Origin: an uncultured Spirochaetaceae bacterium
Lineage (GTDB): Bacteria > Spirochaetota > Spirochaetia > Sphaerochaetales > Sphaerochaetaceae
Assembly: GCA_964563815.1 (NCBI GenBank)
Contig: CAZLYD010000001.1
Coordinates: 15,757 to 79,756 of the forward strand
Reading direction: 5' to 3'
Length of the DNA: 64,000 bases
Below are positions 15,512 to 25,682 of the stretch, piece after piece. The stretch's first letter is position 1. Every line of letters begins with the position of its first letter. A program made the position numbers and the translations under genes. The notes beneath the pieces were generated by a model. The model saw only the letters and a list, made by a program, of their open reading frames with translations, did no database searches and was not told the DNA's origin.

Positions 15512-17299
15512 TTAGTCCTCAACTGTACAATACATGAAGTACTTGTATCCAAGTGGGTTAGAGAAGAAGCCCTTAACAGAATCATCAATCATGTAGATAT
15601 CTGTATAGAAGTAGAGAGGTACGATACAACCTGTCTGCATGAGGATATCTTCAGCCTTGTGCATTAATGCTGTTCTTACGCTTGGATCTGTTGTCTTCTT
15701 GATGAGAGCAATAAGAACGTCATATGTTTCACTCCAAGTTGCATTTTCAACCTTTGTATCGAATCCAACATCTGTAAGATCGAGAGAATAGATAGCAAGA
15801 TCCTTGTTAGCACCCTTACCATACTGAACGTCGTTGTTACCACTTACTGTTGTCCACATATCGAGGAAGCAGATTGGGTCGTTGTAGTCAGCAAGCCAGC
15901 CGTTTCTTGCGATAGAATAGTCACCATTCTTTCTTGTGTTGAGGAAGGTATTCCATTCCTGGTTCTCGAGAGTCATGTTAACGCCAACCTGAGCGAAAGC
16001 ACTCTGGAGATATTCACCAATTGCCTTATGGCCTTCACTTGTGTTGTAGAGGTAAACAAGTGATGGGAAGTTAGTGAACTTCTGAGCCTTTTCATCCCAT
16101 GCATAGTACTTCTTTAGTGTTTCAATAGCCTTGTTGAAGTTAGATTCCATAGCATCTGCAGAAACATCATAGTAACCATAATAAGCCTTGTCTGTTCCGC
16201 CTGCTGTCTGATAGAACTGGCTACCATCGGCATTAGTAATACCCATAGCTACGAAAGAAGAAGCTGGAACCTGTCCTGCCTGACCAATTTCTTCACAGAT
16301 ATAATTTCTATCAAGAAGAAGAGCAAGAGCATTTCTGATTTCTGCTTCAGCCTTAGCCTTATCTTCAGCTGAGAGAGAAGAATTAGGAAGAATATCCTCG
16401 TTGATATTCCAACAAACATAATATGTACCGATCTGACCAGCGATAACAAATTCTGTTGGGTATTTTACCTTGAGAGCTGGGATTTCAGCTGTAGGAACAT
16501 CATCAATTAAGAGCCATGCACCTGTCTCGAAGTTAGAAAGCATGTTGTTAGCATCATCAGAAAGATAGAACTTAATTTCATCCATTGTTACGTTACTAGC
16601 ATCTGGGTGATTAGCATTCTTCTTGAGTGTGATAACAGAATCATGATCCCAACCGGAAAGAGTATACATACCATTACTTACATATGTGCTTGGATCTGTT
16701 GCCCAACCTTCGTTAGCAACAACATCTTCTCTTACTGGGAAGAATGCTGGGAAAGCAAGAAGCTCGTTCCAGTAAGCAATATAGTTACTTGTTGTGACAG
16801 AAAGAGTATTCTCATCAAGAGCTTCAACTGCTAAATCATCTGGATAGCCCTTAACAACCTCGAACATATAACCATAGTCAGCACCAAGCTCTGTGCTTGC
16901 TGCTCTCTTCCATGCAAATTCATAATCAGCTGCTGTTACTTTCTTTCCATCTGACCAATATGAGTCGACAATCTTATATGTATAAGTAACAGAACCATCT
17001 TCGTTTTCAACACCGTCAACGAGTTCTTCTGCGCTGTCAGCAACGAGAACAAGATTATCATTAGCATCCTGAGCCCACTTGCTTAAACCACTGAAAAGAT
17101 GAGCTGTGAGAGTTGCACCGTCAACACTGCTATTGAGAGCTGGGTCGATTGTATCTGGTTCGGAAGCAATACATACAGAAATAGATGATGGAGCACTTAC
17201 TTTAGCTGAGGAAGAGCTGCTAGCTTCTTGAGCACCCTGTGCGAAAAGGGATGAAGCAATAACCATCAATGAGAGAAGCAATACTAATGTTTTCTTCAT
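15512..17299 (-). CDS. oligopeptide/dipeptide ABC transporter substrate-binding protein (family 5)
   Basis: 595 aa. Signal peptide MKKTLVLLLSLMVIASSLFAQG, a Ser-rich linker and overall OppA/DppA-like organisation. TAGGAG RBS. Confidence 0.85.
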   Translation of the reverse strand: MKKTLVLLLSLMVIASSLFAQGAQEASSSSSAKVSAPSSISVCIASEPDTIDPALNSSVDGATLTAHLFSGLSKWAQDANDNLVLVADSAEELVDGVENEDGSVTYTYKIVDSYWSDGKKVTAADYEFAWKRAASTELGADYGYMFEVVKGYPDDLAVEALDENTLSVTTSNYIAYWNELLAFPAFFPVREDVVANEGWATDPSTYVSNGMYTLSGWDHDSVITLKKNANHPDASNVTMDEIKFYLSDDANNMLSNFETGAWLLIDDVPTAEIPALKVKYPTEFVIAGQIGTYYVCWNINEDILPNSSLSAEDKAKAEAEIRNALALLLDRNYICEEIGQAGQVPASSFVAMGITNADGSQFYQTAGGTDKAYYGYYDVSADAMESNFNKAIETLKKYYAWDEKAQKFTNFPSLVYLYNTSEGHKAIGEYLQSAFAQVGVNMTLENQEWNTFLNTRKNGDYSIARNGWLADYNDPICFLDMWTTVSGNNDVQYGKGANKDLAIYSLDLTDVGFDTKVENATWSETYDVLIALIKKTTDPSVRTALMHKAEDILMQTGCIVPLYFYTDIYMIDDSVKGFFSNPLGYKYFMYCTVED

Positions 17300-17475
17300 A
17301 GTTTTCTCCTAAAAAAATGTTTGATATAGAAAATATAATAGAGAAATTAAAAAAGCAATAGTTTTACATCAAAAAAATACAATTTTACGTATATTTATTC
17401 ATTTGTTATACAAGTAACACTTTCTTGCTAGTATTTAGTTATCATAGTAACATCTTAACCAATATGAATTTATAT

Positions 17476-17503
17476 AAAAAAATACCCCGGATTACTCCGG
17501 GAT
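17476..17503 (-). terminator. Rho-independent terminator after the second opp ATPase gene
   Basis: Minus strand reads atcccgga-gtaa-tccggggt followed by attttttt. Confidence 0.65.
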
Positions 17504-17509
17504 AGAAAA

Positions 17510-18490
17510 CTAGTTAATTTCAGCAACTTTATGACATGCGACAAAGTGTCCTTTACTTACTTCTTTAAATTCTGGCATCTCTTCTGAGCACTTGGAATCA
17601 CAATAGCGACAACGAGTTCTAAATGGACAGCCGGAAGGCGCATTAAGAGGAGAAGGAATATCGCCAGAGAGTACTATACGTTTATTCTCTCTCGCAATCT
17701 TTGGATCTGGTACAGGAACAGAAGAAAGCAAGCTCTGAGAATATGGATGAAGAGGATGTGAGTATATTTCTTCACTAGAAGCAAGCTCAACCATTTTTCC
17801 CAGATACATTACAGCAATTCTATCTGAAATATGACGAACAACGAGTAAATCATGTGCAATAAATAGGTATGTAAGAGATAGCTTTTCCTGAAGCTCTACA
17901 AACATATTAATTACCTGAGCCTGAATAGAGACATCAAGAGCTGAAACTGGTTCGTCACAGACAATAAACTCAGGATTTACAGCCAATGAACGAGCAATTC
18001 CGATCCTCTGACGCTGTCCACCACTAAATTCATGTGCATAACGAGAAGCATGCTCACTATTTAGACCTACATAGTTCATCAATTCAAGAACTCTATCCCT
18101 TCTCTCTTCCTTACTTGAATACATATTATGGATATCAAGAGGTTCAGCAATAATATCAGAAACGGTCATACGAGGATTGAGAGAAGAATATGGATCCTGG
18201 AATACCATAGTAGCCTTCTTTCTGTATTCAGGAAGAAATTGCTTATCTACTTCGTGTCCATCGTAAATAATCTTACCGCCTGTAGGCTTATATAAATGAA
18301 GAATAGAACGTCCTGCTGTTGTCTTTCCACAGCCACTTTCTCCGACCAAGCCTAGCGTTTCACTTTTTTTAATATCGAAAGAAATATCATCAACAGCCTT
18401 CAATGGTTTAGAAGAAAAGAAACCCATGTTGATATCAAAATATTGTTTGAGATTTTTAACTTCCACCAAAGTCTTTTTTTCTTCACTCAT
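17510..18490 (-). CDS. oligopeptide ABC transporter ATP-binding protein (OppF-like)
   Basis: Walker A GESGCGKTT, signature FSGGQRQR, Walker B IVCDEP and a C-terminal Cys-rich oligopeptide-type extension. Confidence 0.9.
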   Translation of the reverse strand: MSEEKKTLVEVKNLKQYFDINMGFFSSKPLKAVDDISFDIKKSETLGLVGESGCGKTTAGRSILHLYKPTGGKIIYDGHEVDKQFLPEYRKKATMVFQDPYSSLNPRMTVSDIIAEPLDIHNMYSSKEERRDRVLELMNYVGLNSEHASRYAHEFSGGQRQRIGIARSLAVNPEFIVCDEPVSALDVSIQAQVINMFVELQEKLSLTYLFIAHDLLVVRHISDRIAVMYLGKMVELASSEEIYSHPLHPYSQSLLSSVPVPDPKIARENKRIVLSGDIPSPLNAPSGCPFRTRCRYCDSKCSEEMPEFKEVSKGHFVACHKVAEIN

Positions 18491-19502
18491 GGCTCTCTTC
18501 CTCCTTTTCTATAGTAGCAGTTCCATCATCAAGAGCATTCTTAACATTCATCCAACATGCTGCCATATGGTCTTCATTAATGAGCATTCTCTCACTTCTC
18601 TCTTTCAAACAAATCTTCATTGCGTTTTCACATCTAGGTGCAAAAGGACAGCCTGAAGGCATATTCAAAAGGTCAATTGGTGTTCCTGTTATAGGCTGAA
18701 GCTTCTTACCTGCTGTATCTTGAGTTGGAATAGAGCGCAGTAGTCCCTTAGTATACTCATGACAAGGATTATAGAAGATTTCATCTGCAGTTCCCTGCTC
18801 ACAGATAGAACCGGCATACATTACTATAACCTCATCACACATTTGAGCGACAACGCCAAGGTCATGGGTAATCATAATAATTGCCATTCCAAGTTTCTTC
18901 TGTAATTCTTTCATCAAATCCAGTATTTGAGCCTGAATCGTAACGTCTAAAGCAGTTGTTGGCTCATCTGCAATGAGAATATCTGGTTCACAAGCAAGAG
19001 CCATAGCAATCATAACACGCTGTCTCATTCCACCACTAAATTCGTATGGATACTGCTTCATTCGTTTCTCTGGCTCGTTAACATTGACCAACTTAAGCAT
19101 CTCTATTGCTCTTTCCTTGGCTTCTTCTTTTGTTCTATCTGTATGAAGAAGAATAGCTTCAACAAGCTGATGACCAATAGTATATGTAGGGTTGAGGCTT
19201 GTCATAGGATCCTGGAATATAATTGAAATTTTTCCACCTCTAATTTTTTTGAGTGCTTTATCATTCAAGCCAACAAGCTGCTCACCATCAAATTTAATAG
19301 ATGAACCTTCTTTAATCTTTCCAGTCGGAGCCAAAATCTGCATTATTGAATATGCAGTAACAGACTTACCACTTCCACTCTCTCCAACAATACCCAACAC
19401 CTTACCATGTTCCAGATTAAAGGAGATTCCATTTACAGCCTTCACTTCTCCAGCATCCGTAAAGAAGCTAGTTCTAAGATTTCTTACTTCTAATAATGCC
19501 AT
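18483..19502 (-). CDS. oligopeptide ABC transporter ATP-binding protein (OppD-like)
   Basis: GESGSGKS, FSGGMRQR, LIADEPTTALD and a C-terminal GCPFAPRC motif. Confidence 0.9.
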   Translation of the reverse strand: MALLEVRNLRTSFFTDAGEVKAVNGISFNLEHGKVLGIVGESGSGKSVTAYSIMQILAPTGKIKEGSSIKFDGEQLVGLNDKALKKIRGGKISIIFQDPMTSLNPTYTIGHQLVEAILLHTDRTKEEAKERAIEMLKLVNVNEPEKRMKQYPYEFSGGMRQRVMIAMALACEPDILIADEPTTALDVTIQAQILDLMKELQKKLGMAIIMITHDLGVVAQMCDEVIVMYAGSICEQGTADEIFYNPCHEYTKGLLRSIPTQDTAGKKLQPITGTPIDLLNMPSGCPFAPRCENAMKICLKERSERMLINEDHMAACWMNVKNALDDGTATIEKEEESHE

Positions 19503-19511
19503 ACTACTCTC

Positions 19512-20576
19512 CTAGCTATTCAATTTTGGGTCAAATGCATCTCTCAAACCATCCCCAAAGAGGTTAAGAGAGAGAACTATCAAAGAGATAATGATAGCAG
19601 GAATTACCAATCTATGAGGGTATGAATACATACCATTTAATGCATCAGAAGCCAAAGAACCAAGAGATGGCATTGGTGCGTTTACGCCCAGTCCCAAGAA
19701 AGAAAGATAGCTTTCTGTAAAAATGGCAGATGGAATCTGAAGTGCAGTAGAAATAATGATAACTGAAATACAGTTTGGCAACAGATGCTTAAGAATAATC
19801 CACTTTCCCTTAGCTCCCGCAGTTCTAGCAGCAAGAACGTATTCCTGTTCCCTTAGAGAGAGGATCTGTCCTCTAATCTGACGAGCCATAGATACCCAGT
19901 AAAGAAGACCGAATACAATAAAAAGTGAGATAATATTACTACCAATCTTCTCAAAAACAGTACCCTCAAGAGCTGCAGAAAGAGGCTCTCTAATAACAGA
20001 TGAAAGAAGAATAATCATAAGCATATCTGGAAGAGAATAGATAACATCTACGATACGCATTATAACTAAGTCAACCTTTCCACCAAAGTAACCCGAAATA
20101 CTACCAACTGTTAAACCAATGAAGAGGACAATAAGAGAAGCAAAGAAGCCAACTGCAAGAGAAATTCTTGTTCCGTAAACAATACGAATAAAGTAGTCTC
20201 GTCCTGCTCCATCTGTACCAAAAATGTGAGGAAATACCTTTTCACCATTCTCAATTCTCTTTAATTCTGTTTTACCATACTGGAAAGGAGCTAAATTCTT
20301 ATAAGAAGGGTCAACTGGTTTACCAGGAGTAACACCTAGCTGTGCATCATATGAATATGGCCAGAAAAATGGGATAAATATACAAGAGAGAGTGATTACT
20401 AGAATTATCACGAGTGAAACAAGAGCAACCTTATTCTTTTTGAAACGCTTAACACCATCTTTAAAGAATGTCGTTGATGGTCTCATCTGCACCATATATT
20501 CTTTTTCTTTCTCACTAGCAGGAAGGAAAGAATTCATATCCTGCTGTATGCTAAATGGTTTATTTCTATTTAACAT
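19512..20576 (-). CDS. oligopeptide ABC transporter permease (OppC-like)
   Basis: 354 aa, polytopic, with a BPD-transport EAA-like loop (EQEYVLAARTAGAKG). Confidence 0.9.
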   Translation of the reverse strand: MLNRNKPFSIQQDMNSFLPASEKEKEYMVQMRPSTTFFKDGVKRFKKNKVALVSLVIILVITLSCIFIPFFWPYSYDAQLGVTPGKPVDPSYKNLAPFQYGKTELKRIENGEKVFPHIFGTDGAGRDYFIRIVYGTRISLAVGFFASLIVLFIGLTVGSISGYFGGKVDLVIMRIVDVIYSLPDMLMIILLSSVIREPLSAALEGTVFEKIGSNIISLFIVFGLLYWVSMARQIRGQILSLREQEYVLAARTAGAKGKWIILKHLLPNCISVIIISTALQIPSAIFTESYLSFLGLGVNAPMPSLGSLASDALNGMYSYPHRLVIPAIIISLIVLSLNLFGDGLRDAFDPKLNS

Positions 20577-20588
20577 CTTCTTTTCTCC

Positions 20589-21518
20589 TCAGCTAAAATC
20601 AATTCTTGGGTCTACAACCTTGTACAGGATATCTGAAAGCAGGTTCATGATAACAATTAGAGATGCAAGAACAATCGTTGTTCCCATAATTAACGGGTAG
20701 TCACGGTTAATAATTGATTTAACAAAAGCTCTACCAATACCAGGAACAGCAAAAATCTGCTCAACCACAAGAGAACCTGTGACGATATATGCAAGCATAG
20801 GACCAACATATGTTATTACTGGAATTAAAGCATTCTTCAAAGCATGCCCAAAGATGATTTTAACTGGAGCAACACCCTTAGCTTTGGCTGTTCTAATATA
20901 ATCCTGACCAAGAACATCAAGCATACTTGATCTTGTAAGTCTAATAATATGTGCCATTGGACTTAGGCCAAGTGTAATAATTGGAAGTATCAAGCCCTTT
21001 GCTGTTTCACCATTAGCTGGAACCCAAAGTAGCTTTACAGCGAATACCAGCAGCAGCAAGGAGCCCATAATAAAGGAAGGAAGAGAAACAAAGGCAGTAG
21101 ATATAACCATGATAACTCTATCAAAAATAGTATTACGTCTAAGAGCAGCGATAGCACCAAGGACAATACCAACCACAGTAGCCCATATTGCAGCAAAAAG
21201 ACCAAGCTTAGCACTTGTTTTAAGGCCATCAACTATAATGTCTAATACCATTCTGCCTCTCTGCTTAAGAGAAGGACCGAAATCAAATTTTGTAATAATA
21301 TCAACCAAGTAGGACCAGTACTGTTCCAACAAAGGCTTATCTAGCCCATATTTAGCCTCTAAGGCTGCTTGTACTGCCGGAGAAACTGCTTTTTCACTGG
21401 CAAAAGGTCCACCTGGAACAAAATGCATAACAAAGAAAGTAATTGTTAATACAATCCACACAGTTAGCACAGCAAGCAATATACGTTTAATGATATAACC
21501 TAATGTTTTTGGATTCAT
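20589..21518 (-). CDS. oligopeptide ABC transporter permease (OppB-like)
   Basis: I prefer ATG 21518 (MNPKTLGYIIKRILL), preceded by AGGAG. The ORF track start at 21563 adds 15 aa. Contains DYIRTAKAKGV. Confidence 0.9.
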   Translation of the reverse strand: MNPKTLGYIIKRILLAVLTVWIVLTITFFVMHFVPGGPFASEKAVSPAVQAALEAKYGLDKPLLEQYWSYLVDIITKFDFGPSLKQRGRMVLDIIVDGLKTSAKLGLFAAIWATVVGIVLGAIAALRRNTIFDRVIMVISTAFVSLPSFIMGSLLLLVFAVKLLWVPANGETAKGLILPIITLGLSPMAHIIRLTRSSMLDVLGQDYIRTAKAKGVAPVKIIFGHALKNALIPVITYVGPMLAYIVTGSLVVEQIFAVPGIGRAFVKSIINRDYPLIMGTTIVLASLIVIMNLLSDILYKVVDPRIDFS

Positions 21519-21584
21519 ACGCTCCTGTCCTTTTATAATATTCTTAGTGGAAAATGCTAACAAAACACAAAAAATATTTCAAGG

Positions 21585-21616
21585 ATAATGCATAAATATG
21601 TAAAATAATGCATAAA
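21585..21616 (-). promoter_or_regulatory. two direct copies of ATAATGCATAAA spaced exactly 20 nt (candidate operator/promoter element upstream of the opp permease genes)
   Basis: Copies lie at 21585-21596 and 21605-21616. Each contains the near-palindrome TAATGCATAA. Confidence 0.3.
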
Positions 21617-21692
21617 GATTGTGATTTTTGTTACTATTAGAACACTTAAAGGCAAAACCAAAGAATTTTTTCTTCTTTCTCGTGCTCTGAGC

Positions 21693-21719
21693 AAAAGAAA
21701 ATGGGGCTAAAAAGCCCCA
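21693..21719 (-). terminator. Rho-independent terminator after the AGCS symporter gene
   Basis: Minus strand reads tggggct-tttt-agcccca followed by ttttcttttg. Confidence 0.7.
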
Positions 21720-21737
21720 AAAAGGAATTATTAAAAG

Positions 21738-23099
21738 TTATTTTTTTCTTTTCAATAATGGATCCAACTCTTCCCTCTTCATTTTCACAACCTCATTACT
21801 TAAGAGTATTAAGCCAATAAGGTTTGGAATAATCATAAGGCCATTAAAGGTATCTGCCAAATCCCATGCAAAACCAAGCGTTGTAATACTTCCAATAAAT
21901 ACAAAGATAACCCAAAGTACTTTAATTACTATCTTTGATTTTGGTCCAAAGATATATTCACTTGCTCTTTCTGCATATGCGTAATAGCTAATAATACAAG
22001 AGAAACCAAAAAGAACAACACAGCCAAGAACAACAGCGCCACCCACTGGCCCAATTAAAGATTGGTAAGAGCGGAGTGTAAGAACAGCACCATCTAGCCC
22101 TTCTTTATTAGTCCATAGGCCAGAAATAACGATTGAAAGAGCAGTAATTGTACAAATAACAACAGTATCTAGGAAGACTTCAACAGGTCCCCAAACAGCT
22201 TGTTCCATACAATTATTTACTTTTGCTCCGGAATGAACCATTGCAGCAGTTCCTAGTCCAGCTTCGTTAGAATAAATACCACGAGCCATACCATAACGCA
22301 TAGCAATAAAGATAGATCCCACAGCCCCGCCTGTTACAGCTTTTGGAGTAAATGCAGCTTTAAAAATTAAGCCGACAGCTCCAGGAACTGAAGAAAGATT
22401 TAGTATTATTACAGCAAGACCACAGAGAATATAAGCACCACCCATAAAAGGAGATATAATTTCACACACTCTTCCTATTCTCTTGATACCACCAAAGACA
22501 ATGATAGCTGTTAGAACTGCCAGTACTGCACCTATTACAACGGGACTAACAGAAAAAGTATCTGCAAGTGTTGAACTTATTGTATTACTATCAACAACAG
22601 GTGAGATAACAAAAGCAAAAGGTAGCACTAAAACAGAGAAGAGAATTCCAAGCCACTTAGCATGAAGCCCTTCAGATAAATAATACATGGCTCCACCACT
22701 TACAGACCCATCCTTATGTATTACTCTATATTTAACACCAAGGGCTATCTCTGCCATCTTTGTTGCCATACCTAAAAATGCAGCAACAATCATCCAGACA
22801 AGAGCACCTGGTCCTCCTGCCATTATAGCAGTAGCAACACCAGCAATATTTCCACTTCCAACGATAGCAGAAACACTAATCATTGCAGCCTGAAAACTCG
22901 TCAACTCTCCCGGAGCAGTTTCTTCCTTCTTTTTAAATGCCTTAACTACTGTATTTTTAAACAAAAAGGCAGGATGACGAAACTGTATAAAATTCAGTCT
23001 AATTGTATAAAAAATACCAGCACCTAAAAGGAGTATTAACAGGGGAGGCCCCCAAACAATACCATTAATAAAATCATTAATAGCTACGATAGTATCCAC
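21738..23099 (-). CDS. alanine/glycine:cation symporter (AGCS) family transporter
   Basis: 453 aa, GTG start preceded by GAGAGGG. N-terminus ...INGIVWGPPLLILLLGAGIFYTIRLNFIQFRH is typical of AGCS. Confidence 0.85.
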   Translation of the reverse strand: MDTIVAINDFINGIVWGPPLLILLLGAGIFYTIRLNFIQFRHPAFLFKNTVVKAFKKKEETAPGELTSFQAAMISVSAIVGSGNIAGVATAIMAGGPGALVWMIVAAFLGMATKMAEIALGVKYRVIHKDGSVSGGAMYYLSEGLHAKWLGILFSVLVLPFAFVISPVVDSNTISSTLADTFSVSPVVIGAVLAVLTAIIVFGGIKRIGRVCEIISPFMGGAYILCGLAVIILNLSSVPGAVGLIFKAAFTPKAVTGGAVGSIFIAMRYGMARGIYSNEAGLGTAAMVHSGAKVNNCMEQAVWGPVEVFLDTVVICTITALSIVISGLWTNKEGLDGAVLTLRSYQSLIGPVGGAVVLGCVVLFGFSCIISYYAYAERASEYIFGPKSKIVIKVLWVIFVFIGSITTLGFAWDLADTFNGLMIIPNLIGLILLSNEVVKMKREELDPLLKRKK

Positions 23100-23199
23100 T
23101 ACTCAACCCTCTCTTTTTCTTTCTTAAGATTATTTTACCTAGAACTAGGTCCACGTCTATACTTTTTATTATTTTATTTTATGCTTTATAATTCTAATT

Positions 23200-24447
23200 A
23201 TGAAAAATAAAGCCAACTATTCAGGGACAATAACAATACCGGCATCAAAAAGTCAAACAATTAGAGCATTTCTTATTGCTCTCGTCTGTAACGGAATATC
23301 AGTAATAAAGCATCCACTTATCTCTTCAGATACACTCTCAGCATTAAGTGTGATAGAACAGCTAGGATGTAAAATAGAGAGAAAAGAGGATGAAATAATA
23401 ATCGATTCAACTTCGCTAAAAAAAGAAAAAATAACTCTCGACTGTGGTAACAGTGGAACAACAAGCTACCTTCTTTTACCTCTTCTGGCTTATCTAGAGA
23501 CTCCTATAACTATTACGGGAGATGAACAAATGGTAAAGAGACCATTCTTACCACTAGTAAAAGCAATAGAGGATTTAGGAGGAAAAATTGAATCGAATAA
23601 TGGTTATATGCCACTTACAATTACAGGACCACTAAAGGGAGGAAGGACAACAATTGAGTGTAGGACAAGTCAATATCTTTCAGCCCTCCTCTTGGCTTCA
23701 CCGCTTGCTCTAAGCGATACAACAATAATGTGCTCTCTACTCTATGAAAAGCCCTATGTTGATATGACACTACAATGGCTAGATAAAGAAAAAATAGAAT
23801 ACGAAATATCGGATGACAAGCTCATATCAAAAATAAAAGGAAGTCAATCATACCACCCCTTCTCTTCTTATATTGAAGGAGATTACTCTTCTTCTTCATT
23901 TTTCTTTGTCCTAGCTTGCTTACATCACTCAACTATAACAGTTAAAGGACTCGATAAAAATTCAACGCAAGGAGACAAAGAAATACTAAGTATTCTTTCA
24001 AAGATGGGAGCACGTGTTGAGTGGAAAGAGGACGGCGTAACTATAACGGGACCGAAAAAGCTAAAGGGGGGTGTCTTTAGCCTAAATTCAATACCAGACA
24101 CACTTCCCTCTCTCTCTGTTCTCGGAGCCTTCGTAGAAGGAGACCTAATTCTTAATGATGTTAGCCAAGCACGCATTAAGGAAACAGACAGAATTGCTGT
24201 AATGAAAGAAGAATTAGAAAAAATGGGAGCAGATATAGAAGAAAGAGAAGATGGACTAGTTATACATGGTAAGGGCTTCTTAAAGGGAGCAAGGGTTAGT
24301 GGTCATAGCGACCATAGAGTAATAATGGCACTCTATATTGCATCAACAGTAGCAGAAGGAGAAACTGTAATAGATGACACAAGTGCAGTAGCTGTTACCT
24401 TTCCAACCTTTTTCTCACTTATGAACGAACTAAAAAAAGAGGAATAA
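23200..24447 (+). CDS. aroA: 3-phosphoshikimate 1-carboxyvinyltransferase (EPSP synthase)
   Basis: 415 aa. Motifs: GTITIPASKSQTIRAFLIA, LDCGNSGTTSY, and RIKETDRI near the C-terminus. Confidence 0.9.
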   Translation: MKNKANYSGTITIPASKSQTIRAFLIALVCNGISVIKHPLISSDTLSALSVIEQLGCKIERKEDEIIIDSTSLKKEKITLDCGNSGTTSYLLLPLLAYLETPITITGDEQMVKRPFLPLVKAIEDLGGKIESNNGYMPLTITGPLKGGRTTIECRTSQYLSALLLASPLALSDTTIMCSLLYEKPYVDMTLQWLDKEKIEYEISDDKLISKIKGSQSYHPFSSYIEGDYSSSSFFFVLACLHHSTITVKGLDKNSTQGDKEILSILSKMGARVEWKEDGVTITGPKKLKGGVFSLNSIPDTLPSLSVLGAFVEGDLILNDVSQARIKETDRIAVMKEELEKMGADIEEREDGLVIHGKGFLKGARVSGHSDHRVIMALYIASTVAEGETVIDDTSAVAVTFPTFFSLMNELKKEE

Positions 24448-24452
24448 TAGAG

Positions 24453-25682
24453 ATGAATAATTACGACTTTGATAAAACTGTAGATAGAAGAAAAACCAAC
24501 TCAATAAAATGGAACAAGGATGCTATTTTCTCTATTTCTGCTAATCCCGAGGCCCTTCCTTTTTGGGTTGCAGATATGGACTTTGAAGCAGAAAAACATA
24601 TAAGTGAAAAAGCACTAGAAATAGCTAATTCAAAAGCTTATGGTTATCCATCTTTCCCACTCATCACATCTTATTTCACGGCGTGGACAAAAAAAAGACA
24701 CAACTGGGCACCGAGCGATGACTCAGTACTCTTTTCTTCTGGCTTATTACATGGTCTTTCACTCGCTATTAATGTTTTTTCTTCTATAGGTGACCACATA
24801 TTAGTACCAAGCCCCCTTTATCGTCCTTTTAGAGAATTATGTGAGAAAAACGGAAGAATAATGGATGAATTTCCACTTTCCTACGACGCTTCTTCCTCTT
24901 CTTTCTCTCTAGACTTAGAAAAGCTTGAGAAAGCAGTAAAAGGGGTTAAGATAATACTTTTCTGTTCTCCTCATAATCCAACAGGCATAGTTTTTAAGAA
25001 AGAAGAGCTGGAGGAAGTATTAAGAATAGCCAAGAAGTATGATGTTTTATTACTTAGTGATGAAATCCATGCTGATTTGGTCCATAGTGATGCCATTCAT
25101 TATCCAATGGGTAAAGTTAATGAAGCAATCGGAGCCGATACTATTACATTTATGGCACCCTCTAAGACATTTAATGTTGCAGGCGAGCATTCTGCCTTTG
25201 CTGTATTCTCTTCTCCTACTCTTTTAGAAAAATGGAAAGAAAAAGAAGATGCACTATTTCTCTCTTCCCCTGGATATTTTATAGGAGAATTAACTCAAGA
25301 GGCATATAAAAATGGTCTTGAGTATAACAAAGCTCTTTGCTTGTATTTAAAAGAAACAAGAGACGAAATTGAAAAATATTTATTAAGCAATCTAAAGGAA
25401 ATCAAGCTGTGTAAAACAAAAGCGTCCTTTGTTGCTTTCCTTGATTGCTCTTCCGTTTATGAAAAAATAGAGAAAAAGGTCTTAGGTGAAAAAGAAAGAT
25501 ACAGCTCCCCTTCCGGTGGTATTTTATCTAAATTCTTTGGAGTAGAAGCCTCTGTTGCCCTTAATGACGGAACTTGGTTTAGCTCTGGAAGTAAAGAATT
25601 TGTTCGTTTTAACTATGGCACAAGCAGAAAAGAAGTTATCTCTGCCTTAGAAAGAATGAAAAAAAGTATAGAAGCGTTATGA
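24453..25682 (+). CDS. MalY/PatB-type PLP-dependent C-S lyase (aminotransferase class I/II)
   Basis: YDFDKTVDRRKTNSIKWN N-terminus, CSPHNPTG motif and PLP-lysine motif APSKTFNVAG. Confidence 0.8.
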   Translation: MNNYDFDKTVDRRKTNSIKWNKDAIFSISANPEALPFWVADMDFEAEKHISEKALEIANSKAYGYPSFPLITSYFTAWTKKRHNWAPSDDSVLFSSGLLHGLSLAINVFSSIGDHILVPSPLYRPFRELCEKNGRIMDEFPLSYDASSSSFSLDLEKLEKAVKGVKIILFCSPHNPTGIVFKKEELEEVLRIAKKYDVLLLSDEIHADLVHSDAIHYPMGKVNEAIGADTITFMAPSKTFNVAGEHSAFAVFSSPTLLEKWKEKEDALFLSSPGYFIGELTQEAYKNGLEYNKALCLYLKETRDEIEKYLLSNLKEIKLCKTKASFVAFLDCSSVYEKIEKKVLGEKERYSSPSGGILSKFFGVEASVALNDGTWFSSGSKEFVRFNYGTSRKEVISALERMKKSIEAL

